Below are positions 63,253 through 64,000 of a DNA stretch of 64,000 nt, piece by piece. The stretch's first letter is position 1, and every line of letters begins with the position of its first letter. Under the pieces are notes generated by a model. The model ran no database searches. It was not told the origin of the DNA and saw only the letters and a program-made list of their open reading frames with translations. The DNA comes from Vicinamibacterales bacterium (GTDB lineage Bacteria; Acidobacteriota; Vicinamibacteria; Vicinamibacterales; UBA2999), in contig DASPNQ010000007.1 in assembly GCA_035626435.1 (NCBI GenBank), forward strand, positions 18,451-82,450. The letters run 5' to 3'. A program made the position numbers and the translations under genes.

Positions 63253-64000
63253 CTACCGGCGCGACGTGCGGGACAGGACGAACTGATCGAACTCCCAGAG
63301 TTGGCGTTCCCGCTCCGCGTACGGCCCCGGCACGTAACCGCGTGAGCTGATCCCCAGGTAGGACTGTTCCGAGATCGCCCAGTCCTCTCGATTCGTGCGA
63401 TGCCAGAATTCAATCGCGTCCTCGCAGACGAAATCCGGCTTCGCCATCTCGTCCGGGTGGAAGTGCCACTCCGCGATCAGCCGGGTGCGGCCGGCGTCGA
63501 CCGGCCAGATCGTAATCGTCATCACGTAATCGGGATGCAGCGTCAGCAGGAAGTTGGGGTAAATCGCGTAGTAGTGCACCAGCGCGCGGTCGCGCGCATC
63601 GAGTCCCGGCAGGAACGCGCGCCGCCGCTTGCCGTCGGCGCTCAACGTTTCAATGCCGTCCTTGAACCCCATGGCGCCCCCGCAATAGGTGGCGGTCGAC
63701 GGCACGTTCTCAGCGCCCAGGTAATGATGCATGCGGTTGAGCAGCGGGTGAATGACAGGACAGTGCAGGCACTCGTTGTAGTTCTGGACGACGAGCTTCC
63801 AGTTGGTGGCGACGTCGTAGTCGATGCGTCGGGCGAGCCGCAGGTCCTGCATGCGCCACGGCGCGAAGCGCGCCGGCAGATCCCCGAGTTGTGCGCTCAG
63901 GGGATCAGGTTGATCTCCGAGATTGATGAAGACGTGCCCGTCCCAGGTGTCGCACGCAATCGCGCGCAGCGCATACTCGTCGCGATCGAACCCGGCGGCA
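63253..64000 (-). CDS. Rieske-type oxygenase alpha subunit, C-terminal catalytic domain (partial; N-terminus off the right edge)
   Basis: The frame stays open upstream of the track Met (…ACDTWDGHVFINLGDQPDPL…PWRMQDL…). It contains NYNECLHCPVIHP and the SRPBCC-like catalytic domain of ring-hydroxylating / N-demethylating oxygenases. Confidence 0.75.
   Translation of the reverse strand, partial: AAGFDRDEYALRAIACDTWDGHVFINLGDQPDPLSAQLGDLPARFAPWRMQDLRLARRIDYDVATNWKLVVQNYNECLHCPVIHPLLNRMHHYLGAENVPSTATYCGGAMGFKDGIETLSADGKRRRAFLPGLDARDRALVHYYAIYPNFLLTLHPDYVMTITIWPVDAGRTRLIAEWHFHPDEMAKPDFVCEDAIEFWHRTNREDWAISEQSYLGISSRGYVPGPYAERERQLWEFDQFVLSRTSRR

Overview
GC-rich bacterial chromosomal window. Its gene content (CarboxypepD_reg/TonB-like outer-membrane proteins, DUF5916, secreted amidohydrolase pairs) looks Acidobacteriota-like, but that is inference only. 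I support about 55 protein-coding genes. I saw no rRNA, tRNA, CRISPR array, transposase or integrase. Many long ORFs in the track are antisense 'shadow' ORFs typical of high-GC DNA and were discarded. Several gene starts were moved to internal ATG/GTG/TTG codons that overlap the upstream stop codon (ATGA, GTGA, TGATG).

Main content, left to right:
- an amidoligase cluster (ATP-grasp + GCS2) with esterases
- an intact DUF411/CopG copper gene next to a frameshifted, truncated multicopper-oxidase remnant
- secreted amidohydrolases
- capA-like and metK
- a large envelope-glycan-type locus (17.4-33.8 kb)
- addB-addA-LOG
- an OmpR/histidine-kinase pair
- an orphan BMC-H shell gene in an operon with a D-threonine-aldolase-family PLP enzyme
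- a four-helix-bundle (23S IVS-type) gene flanked by repeats
- a catabolic-looking set (two CrtI-like oxidoreductases, GcvT-like, C-N hydrolase, Rieske oxygenase)

Best candidate for an undescribed system: the translationally coupled operon at 19655-30784. It reads O-antigen-ligase-like, GT4, methyltransferase, three B12-type radical-SAM genes, a second methyltransferase, a fourth B12-type radical-SAM gene and a SPASM/twitch-like radical-SAM gene. A divergent flippase plus NTase-fold gene and a convergent TetR-GT4-GT4 unit flank it.

Other notable signals:
- a pseudoknot + antiterminator + terminator leader upstream of metK (SAM-II/V-like architecture)
- a strand-oriented, G-quadruplex-capable GGGAGCC-type microsatellite family, including an in-frame copy inside the kinase gene and a GGGAG octamer array on a start codon
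- a 2+4 inverted array of a 22-bp repeat
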